A stretch of DNA of 19,881 nt, taken from Escherichia coli (GTDB lineage Bacteria; Pseudomonadota; Gammaproteobacteria; Enterobacterales; Enterobacteriaceae). The position numbers were made by a program, and so were the translations under genes. Of this stretch, positions 8,787 through 16,968 are shown in pieces. Numbering within the stretch: position 1 is the stretch's first letter; each line of letters opens with the position of its first letter. The notes under the pieces were generated by a model, which made no database searches, was not told the DNA's origin, and saw only the letters and a list, made by a program, of their open reading frames with translations. The stretch lies in the NCBI RefSeq assembly GCF_003334785.1, contig NZ_QOWV01000032.1; one strand, 5' to 3'.

Positions 8787-9254
8787 ATGACAGCGGCAGA
8801 AAATCACACTGTTCCGGAAATGAATAAAACGGTTGAGCAAATGCTGGCACAAGGACAATGGCAGGATGCGCTTGATTTCTGGATTAATAATACCGATTCG
8901 TTAACATTAATTAAATGGCTGGCACAATTCATTTCTCAGTCCTCTTCTGAAGATGATTCGGTACTTTTACAGTCTATTGTAAAATGGAAGGAAGGCGATG
9001 AGGAACAACGCTGGGAAATATTTAAAAACTCGGAGTCTGCCGGATTTTCCTCTCAGACAGGTGCCCTTGGGTTATCATTATTTGTATCACAGGGAAGTCT
9101 AAGTCCGCCCCCGTATGAACCAGTCCATGCACCGTCATGTTCAGAAAAAAAAATTATATATGGTGTCTTAATGACTCAGTCGTGTAAAGCTCATGATACG
9201 CCGGATGAAGGTGTGTTTTTTCTTTTTCAGCATTGGTGTAATAGTCAACCTTAG
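8787..9254 (+). CDS. hypothetical protein (155 aa) between vgrG and PAAR; candidate spike-associated accessory/adaptor or cargo
   Basis: Good RBS (AAGGA) upstream and tight spacing to vgrG (10 bp) and PAAR (8 bp). Trp-rich N-terminal half (QGQWQDALDFWINNTDSLTLIKWLAQFI) and Cys-containing C-terminus. No family recognised by eye. Contains an A9 tract at 9145-9153. Confidence 0.6.
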   Translation: MTAAENHTVPEMNKTVEQMLAQGQWQDALDFWINNTDSLTLIKWLAQFISQSSSEDDSVLLQSIVKWKEGDEEQRWEIFKNSESAGFSSQTGALGLSLFVSQGSLSPPPYEPVHAPSCSEKKIIYGVLMTQSCKAHDTPDEGVFFLFQHWCNSQP

Positions 9255-9262
9255 GAGGGGAT

Positions 9263-9562
9263 ATGCCTCAACCCGCTGCAAGAGTGACTGATATGCATGT
9301 ATGTCCTATGGTGACGCCAGGTTTGCCACCTGTTCCTCATGTAGGAGGCCCCTTGTTACCACCAGGCTCTCCGTCTGTACTCATTGGGGGATTACCGGCA
9401 GCGACGCTGGGGAACCAGGCACTTTGTACCGGGGCAGTGGACGTCGTCATTATGGGCAGTTTTAAAGTTTTTATATGCGGCAAACCGGCCGCACGGATGG
9501 GCGATAACTGTGCTCATGGGGGGGTAATTGTCAGCGGATATCCTCAGGTATTAGTGGGATAA
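9263..9562 (+). CDS. PAAR-domain spike tip protein (stand-alone, no toxin extension)
   Basis: 99 aa with strong RBS AGGAGG. Three PAAR-type repeats visible: PAARVTD, PAATLGNQALC, PAARMGDNCAHGG. Confidence 0.9.
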   Translation: MPQPAARVTDMHVCPMVTPGLPPVPHVGGPLLPPGSPSVLIGGLPAATLGNQALCTGAVDVVIMGSFKVFICGKPAARMGDNCAHGGVIVSGYPQVLVG

Positions 9563-9565
9563 AAA

Positions 9566-10642
9566 ATGAATAAATTCGAGACGGACACATTACTGTTTCC
9601 TGTTATTGGAGAATCGCCGGCAGGTGAAGATATTGAGTATGATCCGGTGTATAGCGAAATACGGGAAGCAAGACAAAATGATCCGGACTACATGTCCCAG
9701 GGGGAATGGGCTGTCAGTGAACCCCGCAGAGCTGACTGGCGAAAGGTAAGAAAATTATGTGAGGTTACTTTACGCAATAAGAGTAAAGACCTGCAGATTA
9801 GTTGCTGGTATGTGGAGTCCCTGACGCAATTGTATTCGCTGGAAGGGCTGCACTGCGGACTGGAATATCTGGCTAAATTTATTTCTCAGTACTGGACTAT
9901 ATGTTGGCCATCGCACGAAGAAGGCCCGGAAATACGTTACAGTAAATTAGTCCGTCTTGATATGGATTTATCCGAGTATCTGAAATCCTGTCCTCTTCTT
10001 GATGATAAAGAAATCACGCTTGCTGAATGGTATAAGGCGCTGGCGTTTGAGCATGGCGCAAGTTTATCTGAAGAGGGAAAGGAAAAATTAATAGAAAGCG
10101 AAGGCGATCACTCGGTTGAAGCGTTCAAAAAATCTGTCGGTAAATATAATACACGCAAGATTAGTGAGCAATTTCTTAAGTTTTCTGATTTGCCAGACAA
10201 AATTGATGAGATTGAATCCTTTTACTTCTTTCATACGCATGAAGACATACATCATATTTTCGCAAAAACCAGACATACCATCAGTGAAATCACTGAGTTA
10301 CTGAGCCGTTTTTTACCACAAGACGTACAGGATACCAATGCAGTTTCACCGTTATCAGTTGAACCCGGGAGCAGGGAGACAGACAGGACGTTGCCGGCGG
10401 AACAGCAGGCGTTTTATGCTGCCTTAACCCCCTCAACAGATAAAGAGATGACAAGGGAGAAAGCGATAGAACAACTGGAAAAAATAGCTATTTTTTTCAG
10501 GCAATCTGAACCCACCAGTCCTGTCCCTTATCTTCTTGAGAGAGCAGTACGCTGGTCAACAATGACTATGTCAGAATGGCTTGAGGAACTACTTAAAGAT
10601 AATGACTCCGTGGAACAAATAAATCGTGTTTTAAAAGGATGA
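9566..10642 (+). CDS. tssA: TssA-family protein (ImpA N-terminal domain), short form
   Basis: 358 aa. The N-terminus GEDIEYDPVYSEIREARQ...WRKVRKLCEVTLRNKSKDLQISCWYVESL...YW matches the ImpA_N signature. Shorter than many TssA proteins. Confidence 0.8.
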   Translation: MNKFETDTLLFPVIGESPAGEDIEYDPVYSEIREARQNDPDYMSQGEWAVSEPRRADWRKVRKLCEVTLRNKSKDLQISCWYVESLTQLYSLEGLHCGLEYLAKFISQYWTICWPSHEEGPEIRYSKLVRLDMDLSEYLKSCPLLDDKEITLAEWYKALAFEHGASLSEEGKEKLIESEGDHSVEAFKKSVGKYNTRKISEQFLKFSDLPDKIDEIESFYFFHTHEDIHHIFAKTRHTISEITELLSRFLPQDVQDTNAVSPLSVEPGSRETDRTLPAEQQAFYAALTPSTDKEMTREKAIEQLEKIAIFFRQSEPTSPVPYLLERAVRWSTMTMSEWLEELLKDNDSVEQINRVLKG

Positions 10643-10649
10643 AAAATTA

Positions 10650-11201
10650 ATGACTGTTAAGGAACTGCTACTGATAACTATGGTATTACCTTTTTTTATT
10701 ACTGCCTGTTCGGATAAGTATTCTGAGCAGGATAAAATACAGGCCATTAATAATGTTGATACTCCATTTGGCGCTGGTATGCTAACTTTTCAGATATCAC
10801 CGGACACACAATTAAACTCACTTAACGAGATATCAAATAGTTGCGCATTATTATTCTTGCAGTCTTCAGGTAAAAAAACATTACAGGACTTAATGAATAA
10901 TCCTGCATTGATTAAACAGTTTTTCAGCGGGTCTGGTAAAGCAGATGGTATTCTTAAAGTTGATAAGTATATCGCAATGCCGGGACAGGAGATAACACTA
11001 CATATAGACAGAAGTGAAGGTGCTAAATATGTGGGGGTTATTGCCGGATATTATCCGTTCCCCGGAAAACAACATATGTTGCTTTTAGATATTCCCGTTG
11101 ATGTTGTTGAGGAAGGTTGGTGGAACAAATCATTACATGCATCACTTTCACCGCTTTCAAAAAATATATCGATGGGTAAAGAAAGTATCAGTATAAAATA
11201 A
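10650..11201 (+). CDS. tssJ: T6SS outer-membrane lipoprotein TssJ
   Basis: 183 aa. Hydrophobic signal peptide ending in a lipobox-like FITAC (Cys ~20). Size and position immediately before tssK fit TssJ. Confidence 0.78.
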   Translation: MTVKELLLITMVLPFFITACSDKYSEQDKIQAINNVDTPFGAGMLTFQISPDTQLNSLNEISNSCALLFLQSSGKKTLQDLMNNPALIKQFFSGSGKADGILKVDKYIAMPGQEITLHIDRSEGAKYVGVIAGYYPFPGKQHMLLLDIPVDVVEEGWWNKSLHASLSPLSKNISMGKESISIK

Positions 11202-11219
11202 TTGTACAGGTATTACTGC

Positions 11220-12599
11220 ATGCAAGAAGAAGAGCAACTTGTTTATTGGTATTCAGGGCTTTACTTACAACCTCAGCACTTTCAGTCCATTGATTTGCAT
11301 CATAGTTTCATGCTGGCCAGAACCAGGCAGTTATCACAACCTCATCATCAGGGTTATTATGAATGTCGTATAAATGATGATCTTCTGAAAGAATACACTG
11401 TTAGAATCGAAAAAATAAAAGCAGTGTTATCTTCAGGACATTATATCGAGTATCCGGGTAACTGTGTGGTGCAGGATAAGTGCCTGACAAATCTCCGGGG
11501 TACAGATCCCGGCACCGTAACGTTGTGGCTTGCTCTTAAGCGATTTAATTCCGGACATAAAAATGTATCTGGCATCAATGATAAACGCGGCTCTGCCAGA
11601 TGGGTAAGTTCCGATGATGAAGGCAACATGCGTAATGTGTATCATGACAGTCAGGATGCCGGTATCACAAGAATAAAATATGATATTCAGATCCTTACCG
11701 ATGAGGAAAAAGAGAATACCACAGACTTTGAATACTTACCTCTGACAAGAATTATTCATGACAATAATACATTGTGTATTGATGATGAATATTCATTTCC
11801 TGCAATGAGGTTATCAGCGAACAGCAAACTTAGAGATAAGATCGCAGAGATTCATGCTGATATTCAATTCTACAAAAATAAACTTGAAGAATACCGATAT
11901 ACAGAACGAACAGTGTCCGATGGACATCTTTATAATTTTTTGATCCTGTGTGCTATTAACAGAATATCACCGCTTCTGTCTTCCTTTATTAATGAAGATG
12001 CCATTCACCCATGGTTATATTATATGGCATTGTGTCAGTTTACAGGGGAAATATCGACATTTAAAAATTCTGTATTTTCAGAGGCAAGAATTGTTGATCT
12101 AACATACAATCATTATGAGCAGGTTTCCTGTTTCAGTAATCTTCAGTATTATATTAAAGTAATGCTTGATAATTTATGTAGAGATAAGATTATCGGTGTT
12201 GAATTTAAAAAGATAACAACAGATACCCTGGTCTGTAATTTTGATGAGTACAGTTCCAGAAATAATTCAGATTACTATATTAAATTAACTTCAGAGACCT
12301 TTAAAAAGAATAACTCAATTGCATTGCCCGAGATTAAGATTGCTCCATCTGAACATATAGATCTGATCATTCAGCATGCGCTTCCAGGCATTACTTTTAC
12401 AGTGATGGATGTCGTTACATCTGAGTTACAGGTAAGAGACAATATCATCTGGTTAAAGATCGATAAACATTCAGAGTTATGGAAGTCAGCTCAGGTCCAG
12501 AAAAGGGTTGCATTTTATTGGTCATGTAGCCCTGATGATTTACTGGTAGAGTTAGTATTATCGCAGGAAAAAATATGCAGTAAGCCGTCTTCCGGCTGA
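11220..12599 (+). CDS. tssK: T6SS baseplate protein TssK
   Basis: N-terminus LVYWYSGLYLQPQHFQSIDLH matches the conserved TssK start (VxWxEGMxLxPQHFQQ). ATG 11220 chosen; the ORF track extends to a TTG at 11202 directly after the tssJ stop. Confidence 0.9.
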   Translation: MQEEEQLVYWYSGLYLQPQHFQSIDLHHSFMLARTRQLSQPHHQGYYECRINDDLLKEYTVRIEKIKAVLSSGHYIEYPGNCVVQDKCLTNLRGTDPGTVTLWLALKRFNSGHKNVSGINDKRGSARWVSSDDEGNMRNVYHDSQDAGITRIKYDIQILTDEEKENTTDFEYLPLTRIIHDNNTLCIDDEYSFPAMRLSANSKLRDKIAEIHADIQFYKNKLEEYRYTERTVSDGHLYNFLILCAINRISPLLSSFINEDAIHPWLYYMALCQFTGEISTFKNSVFSEARIVDLTYNHYEQVSCFSNLQYYIKVMLDNLCRDKIIGVEFKKITTDTLVCNFDEYSSRNNSDYYIKLTSETFKKNNSIALPEIKIAPSEHIDLIIQHALPGITFTVMDVVTSELQVRDNIIWLKIDKHSELWKSAQVQKRVAFYWSCSPDDLLVELVLSQEKICSKPSSG

Positions 12600-12936
12600 G
12601 GGGGCGAACCAGACGGCGGATGGCAGAGAAGGGTCCATTCACTGCCAGTGCCTGAAACAGCTTTTTCTCCGTCAGTGGAATCCGGATCTCAGAACAAGAC
12701 CTGTCAGGCGCTACAGGGAAACCTGATGGCAGAACAGAAAATGGCAGAATGTTCGTGAACACGATGAAGGAAGCTGCATCGCGTTCATGCCTGACCATAT
12801 GTAAGCTCTGCAGTGGTTCGGACATTAAGGAGAGACCTCCGCACAGTGCACGGGTATGTTGCTCACCTGGCGAATGTCAGTATCCGTGGGCAGATTTCAG
12901 TTACAGTTTATCGTTTCCGGGGACAAAACATGTTAT
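12600..12936. other. GC-richer, apparently non-coding block interrupting the otherwise tightly packed operon between tssK and tssL
   Basis: Only intergenic gap >12 bp inside the cluster. Base composition is visibly G+C-richer than the flanks. The octamer ATGGCAGA occurs three times (12620, 12726, 12741). Only short or Cys-rich ORFs of doubtful reality. Confidence 0.5.
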
Positions 12937-13554
12937 ATGAATATTTATGTCATGGAGGTACTGGTGAATATTGTTGAATGCTATATGCCAGTATTTAAAC
13001 TCATATCATCTGTTAAAGTCTTTCCAGAAGAATATGGTGATTACGACAGTACCAGAAAGCAGATAATTGATACTGTTGAAGATGTCGTGCGCAATAGTGA
13101 AAAAATATCTTTAAGTGACAGTGAACTGGATGCGGCATTTTATTCAATAGTTGTTATGCTTGATGAGGTTATTTTGTGCTCTGAACTTCCGTACAGAAAA
13201 GAATGGCGCGATAATCTTTTACAGATTAAATATTTTGGACATTCCACTGGCGGTGTTGAGTTTTTTAACATGCTTAATAAAGTCATTGAATCCGGAAGTC
13301 AGGTTGCATGGGTTTTTCTCTTATGTCTCTTACTTGGATTCAGGGGGAAATATTCTGTAAGCAATGATGATGAAATCCTGGATTATATATCAAGACTGAA
13401 AAAACAATGCGGGTTAAATATTCGTGTTGAAGAAAAAAATAAGATCGCATTTAAACAAAAAAAGAATAAATCATCATGGTTTAATTTTTATTTGTCACTT
13501 GCAGGTATCATTATTATTTATTTCGTATTGTTGTTTGTGATATATGTGAGATGA
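12937..13554 (+). CDS. tssL: T6SS membrane protein TssL (DotU-like), short form with C-terminal TM anchor
   Basis: DotU-like cytosolic region followed by a single C-terminal hydrophobic helix (WFNFYLSLAGIIIIYFVLLFVIYV). Start uncertain: in-frame ATGs at 12856, 12937 and 12952; 12937 chosen because 12856-12936 lies in the GC-rich block. Confidence 0.78.
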   Translation: MNIYVMEVLVNIVECYMPVFKLISSVKVFPEEYGDYDSTRKQIIDTVEDVVRNSEKISLSDSELDAAFYSIVVMLDEVILCSELPYRKEWRDNLLQIKYFGHSTGGVEFFNMLNKVIESGSQVAWVFLLCLLLGFRGKYSVSNDDEILDYISRLKKQCGLNIRVEEKNKIAFKQKKNKSSWFNFYLSLAGIIIIYFVLLFVIYVR

Positions 13555-13560
13555 TCTCTT

Positions 13561-16500
13561 ATGCTTAAGAAGATATTTTCATTGTTTCTCTGGATTTTTG
13601 TGTCTGTTTTCGTTTTATCTGTTTGTTATGTCATTGGCGTGTTCAGAAACTGGACAGATACTACAACTGTATTTTACTGGATTTTTGTAATTCTGGTTAC
13701 ACTCACCCTGAAATTGATTGTGGATTGTATCCATAATTACTTTTCGTCAGGTAAATACAGAAAGCTGGTGAGGTTATTTTCCAGGAAAAAAAGAACAATA
13801 ACACTTGATTCATACTTCAGGAAAGGAATGAATATCATAAGTAAAAAAGGAAGAGGCGTGGTCCCCTGGTTTTTACTTACGGGGGATTCAGAAAAAAACG
13901 CTTCCCTGCTTAAGGATATTAATCTTCCCGTCTTTCACAGTAATGAGTTAAATGGTATTTCTCAACAATTCAGAACAATTCGTTGGTGGTTTTTCAGGGA
14001 TTCAAGTGTACTGGAGTTGTCAGGTAAGATATATGACAACCCGGGGGTGCTGAACTCTGTGATAGGTTTTTTATCAGCACGTAACTCTAAAAAACAACCA
14101 CCTCATGGCATTGTTCTGGTTATTCCTGTTGAAACGTTACTTGATCATGATTACTCCTGTATTCAGGTGTTATCTCAAAAAACAAGAAATTTTACAGAAC
14201 AACTGTCGTCACACTTACATCATAATATCCCAGTTTTTCTGGTTATAAGTGGATGCGAGCACATCAGTGGGTATTCATCGCTGGCACAAAAAATTCATCA
14301 AAAAAATAACAATGGGTATCCGGTATTTTGGGCAACCAATAAATCAGACACAAATGCATCTGAATATGACTCATCATATATATTGTCATCATTAAAATCT
14401 AATATTACGATAGAAATATGTCATGTACTTGATGATACATTGAGTGACCAGGAAAAAAACGAGATCCTGTTGTTTCCGGATAAATTGAATGATCTAAAAC
14501 ATTCACTGGATGTGTTTATTTCAACATTCAGTATCGATAACGTGTTTTTTTCTCAGACAGAAGTCTCCGGGGTCTGTTTATCTGGTGAACTCGTTTCGGG
14601 TAAGGATAAAAATTGTACTTTTTCTGATGTTTTAGTTTCTGAGATCCTACCACAAATACAGAACTCAGAAGTTATTCACGTTAATAAACGAAGAATAAAA
14701 ATGTCATTCAGATCCGTTATGGTTATGACGGCGCTGTGCTTTATTGGATATAGTGCATATTGTTCATATCATATATATGATGTCAGGCAAGGTTCTGTGG
14801 AGATCAGCCCTGCATTCCTGACTGAGCAAATATTAAAATATGAAGATAAAGTCAGATCTAATATACTTTATTTACCTTTTAAACCGGCATTGAATGATAA
14901 ATATTTATTTTTCAGAGAGTCTCTTTATAACAGTAGCAGATTCGAGACCCGTCCTGTTTCATGGCGCGTTGATGAATATAAGAAAAAATTCCTTGCGGCT
15001 TCCCCATCAGGAAAGCGTGAATTGATTCTGTCGCTTGCCTCATCGCTTATCGGTTGGGATAAGATGGTTAAGGATGAATCACTGCTTGATTTAACAACAT
15101 TTCCGGGTATTCATGAATCAATAAAAATAACCAGACCTTATGATAAAATATCATCAATAGCTTCACTGGCTTTAGAAAGAGATGAGATACAAAAAAATCA
15201 TGGAAGTGAAAATATTGATGTGTTCAGAAAACTCCTTAGCGAGTTTATTCAGAGTGATCCATCTTATTCATGGTTTGTTTCTGAATATGTTGATATTCCG
15301 GCCGTAAAAGTTACGGATTTCTGGGAAGATGAAAACGCATCTGTCAGTCTGTCTGGTATATGGACTCAGGAGGGACAGAATAAACTTCATCACTGGTATG
15401 AGAATATCAAAGAGGCATATGGACGTGATACGGTTCCGGAAGCGTTTTCATCTTTTGTGCAGTACCTGGAAGAAAGTCGTCAGGAGCATTTCAGACAGTT
15501 CATCATGGCTGTCGCAAGGGAGCGTAAAGATTCACATTCAGGGTTAATGAGTCCGCTGCAGTTGACAGATATCATACAAAATCGTTCATCTGAGCATAAA
15601 TTCTTTAAGTTTGTTGATGATGAATTACATAATATCCCGGCAAGTTCAGCGCAGGACTGGCTTTCTGATTTCAGGCTGCTTTATCGTCTGTTTTCTCTTA
15701 AAGTGGATAACGGAATGAAGCGTCAGATAGAGCAGTTTGACATCATGGTACGTATATATCTGATGTCTGTTTTTAATAACAGTCAGATGAACAGGACAAC
15801 GGCTCATGTAACAGCATGGAGAGACTGGCAGAATGTGCTACGTAATGCCGTAAATTCAGAGTTACATACAGCATCATCCGTTGAACTGATCCGTAATGCT
15901 ATGCGTTCAGACCCAAAAAACAAGCTGGTAATATTATTTGATGAATTTGAAAAGGTTCGTTCAGTGATTAACAGTAATAATACAGATCCAGTGATTGATT
16001 CTGTATGGGATATTTATGAACGGCAAAATTATAAACTTCTCGACCATGCAGTCACGTATACGGGGTGCAGGGTTGATGAACAATGGAGAAATTCTGTTTT
16101 AAGCCAGTTAAATTCAGATAAACACAATTCCAGTCATTCTGAAATGCAGGGTAAAATATATAAAAACATTATTGGTTTTTTAAATGGATCCGCTAACGGT
16201 GTTTTAGCACTTGATGCCGAAGGTGCCAGAGTATTGTCGTTCAGGGAAAGAAGTATACCGTTTACGCCTTCATTCATTAGTTTTCTCAATGACGTTGTTT
16301 CTCCGGATGATTTGCTTGACGTTCAGCTCAGAGACCGAACGCAAAACAAGGATGAGCTGATAAATGTACAGGGACAATTAGACGTACTGAATCAGACCCT
16401 GCAAAAGATTGAATCACAGCCTTACAAAATGACGGTAAGTAGTGCACCTGCGACGATTTCAGGTCATCATGGCGTTAAACCAACAGGTACAACTCTGACT

Positions 16501-16965
16501 CTTGAGTGCAAAACAGGTAACAGCAGTATAAGAAGCATGAATTTTGCCGATTCAGGTCTTTTTACCTGGTATCCAGGAAGTTGTCATTCTGTCAGCATTG
16601 ATATTTCGTTCCCTGACTTTTCCACCACCTATAAATTCACAGGTGAAACAGCCTGGATTGATTTTATCAACAAGTTTTCGGATGGAGAGGATGAGTTAAT
16701 GACAAAGGACTTTTCTCCGGAATCAAGAAGTTTTCTTGAATCAATGGGTATAAAAAGTATCCTCGTCCGTTACAAACTGAGTGATACCGGCGATCTCAGT
16801 CAGGCATATATCGAATGGGAACAGTTAAAACAGGAAAAGGATAAACTTGAAAATTTGCAGATTAGTCTGAGTAATAAACTGCTTACCACTCATAGCTGGG
16901 AGAAAAGTGGCTGGATTTCCAGATTGCCTGGCAAAATAACAATATGTCCGGCAGTACAGGAGTGA
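13561..16965 (+). CDS. tssM: T6SS membrane complex protein TssM (IcmF-like) with degenerate Walker A
   Basis: 1134 aa. Two N-terminal TM helices, cytoplasmic domain, third TM (MSFRSVMVMTALCFIGYSAYC), large C-terminal periplasmic region. Where canonical TssM has PWYL..G.PG.GK[ST], this one reads VPWFLLTGDSEKNAS. Confidence 0.95.
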   Translation: MLKKIFSLFLWIFVSVFVLSVCYVIGVFRNWTDTTTVFYWIFVILVTLTLKLIVDCIHNYFSSGKYRKLVRLFSRKKRTITLDSYFRKGMNIISKKGRGVVPWFLLTGDSEKNASLLKDINLPVFHSNELNGISQQFRTIRWWFFRDSSVLELSGKIYDNPGVLNSVIGFLSARNSKKQPPHGIVLVIPVETLLDHDYSCIQVLSQKTRNFTEQLSSHLHHNIPVFLVISGCEHISGYSSLAQKIHQKNNNGYPVFWATNKSDTNASEYDSSYILSSLKSNITIEICHVLDDTLSDQEKNEILLFPDKLNDLKHSLDVFISTFSIDNVFFSQTEVSGVCLSGELVSGKDKNCTFSDVLVSEILPQIQNSEVIHVNKRRIKMSFRSVMVMTALCFIGYSAYCSYHIYDVRQGSVEISPAFLTEQILKYEDKVRSNILYLPFKPALNDKYLFFRESLYNSSRFETRPVSWRVDEYKKKFLAASPSGKRELILSLASSLIGWDKMVKDESLLDLTTFPGIHESIKITRPYDKISSIASLALERDEIQKNHGSENIDVFRKLLSEFIQSDPSYSWFVSEYVDIPAVKVTDFWEDENASVSLSGIWTQEGQNKLHHWYENIKEAYGRDTVPEAFSSFVQYLEESRQEHFRQFIMAVARERKDSHSGLMSPLQLTDIIQNRSSEHKFFKFVDDELHNIPASSAQDWLSDFRLLYRLFSLKVDNGMKRQIEQFDIMVRIYLMSVFNNSQMNRTTAHVTAWRDWQNVLRNAVNSELHTASSVELIRNAMRSDPKNKLVILFDEFEKVRSVINSNNTDPVIDSVWDIYERQNYKLLDHAVTYTGCRVDEQWRNSVLSQLNSDKHNSSHSEMQGKIYKNIIGFLNGSANGVLALDAEGARVLSFRERSIPFTPSFISFLNDVVSPDDLLDVQLRDRTQNKDELINVQGQLDVLNQTLQKIESQPYKMTVSSAPATISGHHGVKPTGTTLTLECKTGNSSIRSMNFADSGLFTWYPGSCHSVSIDISFPDFSTTYKFTGETAWIDFINKFSDGEDELMTKDFSPESRSFLESMGIKSILVRYKLSDTGDLSQAYIEWEQLKQEKDKLENLQISLSNKLLTTHSWEKSGWISRLPGKITICPAVQE

Positions 16966-16968
16966 GAA

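Noticed and set aside
10088-10304. 62-aa ORFs on both strands inside tssA
   Set aside because: Nested within the TssA coding region; no motifs.
11433-11645. Antisense ORFs (70 and 62 aa) inside tssK
   Set aside because: Embedded in tssK on the opposite strand; no support.
12445-12825. 126-aa minus-strand ORF spanning the tssK 3' end and the GC-rich spacer
   Set aside because: Half of it is antisense to the tssK C-terminus; translation unrecognisable; opposite to the operon direction with no visible promoter. The spacer is reported as a finding instead.
12856-12936. Longer tssL start at ATG 12856 (232-aa form)
   Set aside because: The extra 27 codons lie in the GC-rich block, have no RBS at proper spacing (AAGGAG is >20 nt upstream) and precede the recognisable DotU-like region. 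Kept as an alternative, not excluded.
13151-13360. 69-aa alternative-frame ORF inside tssL
   Set aside because: Nested out-of-frame in tssL.
15329-15547. 72-aa alternative-frame ORF inside tssM
   Set aside because: Nested out-of-frame in tssM.
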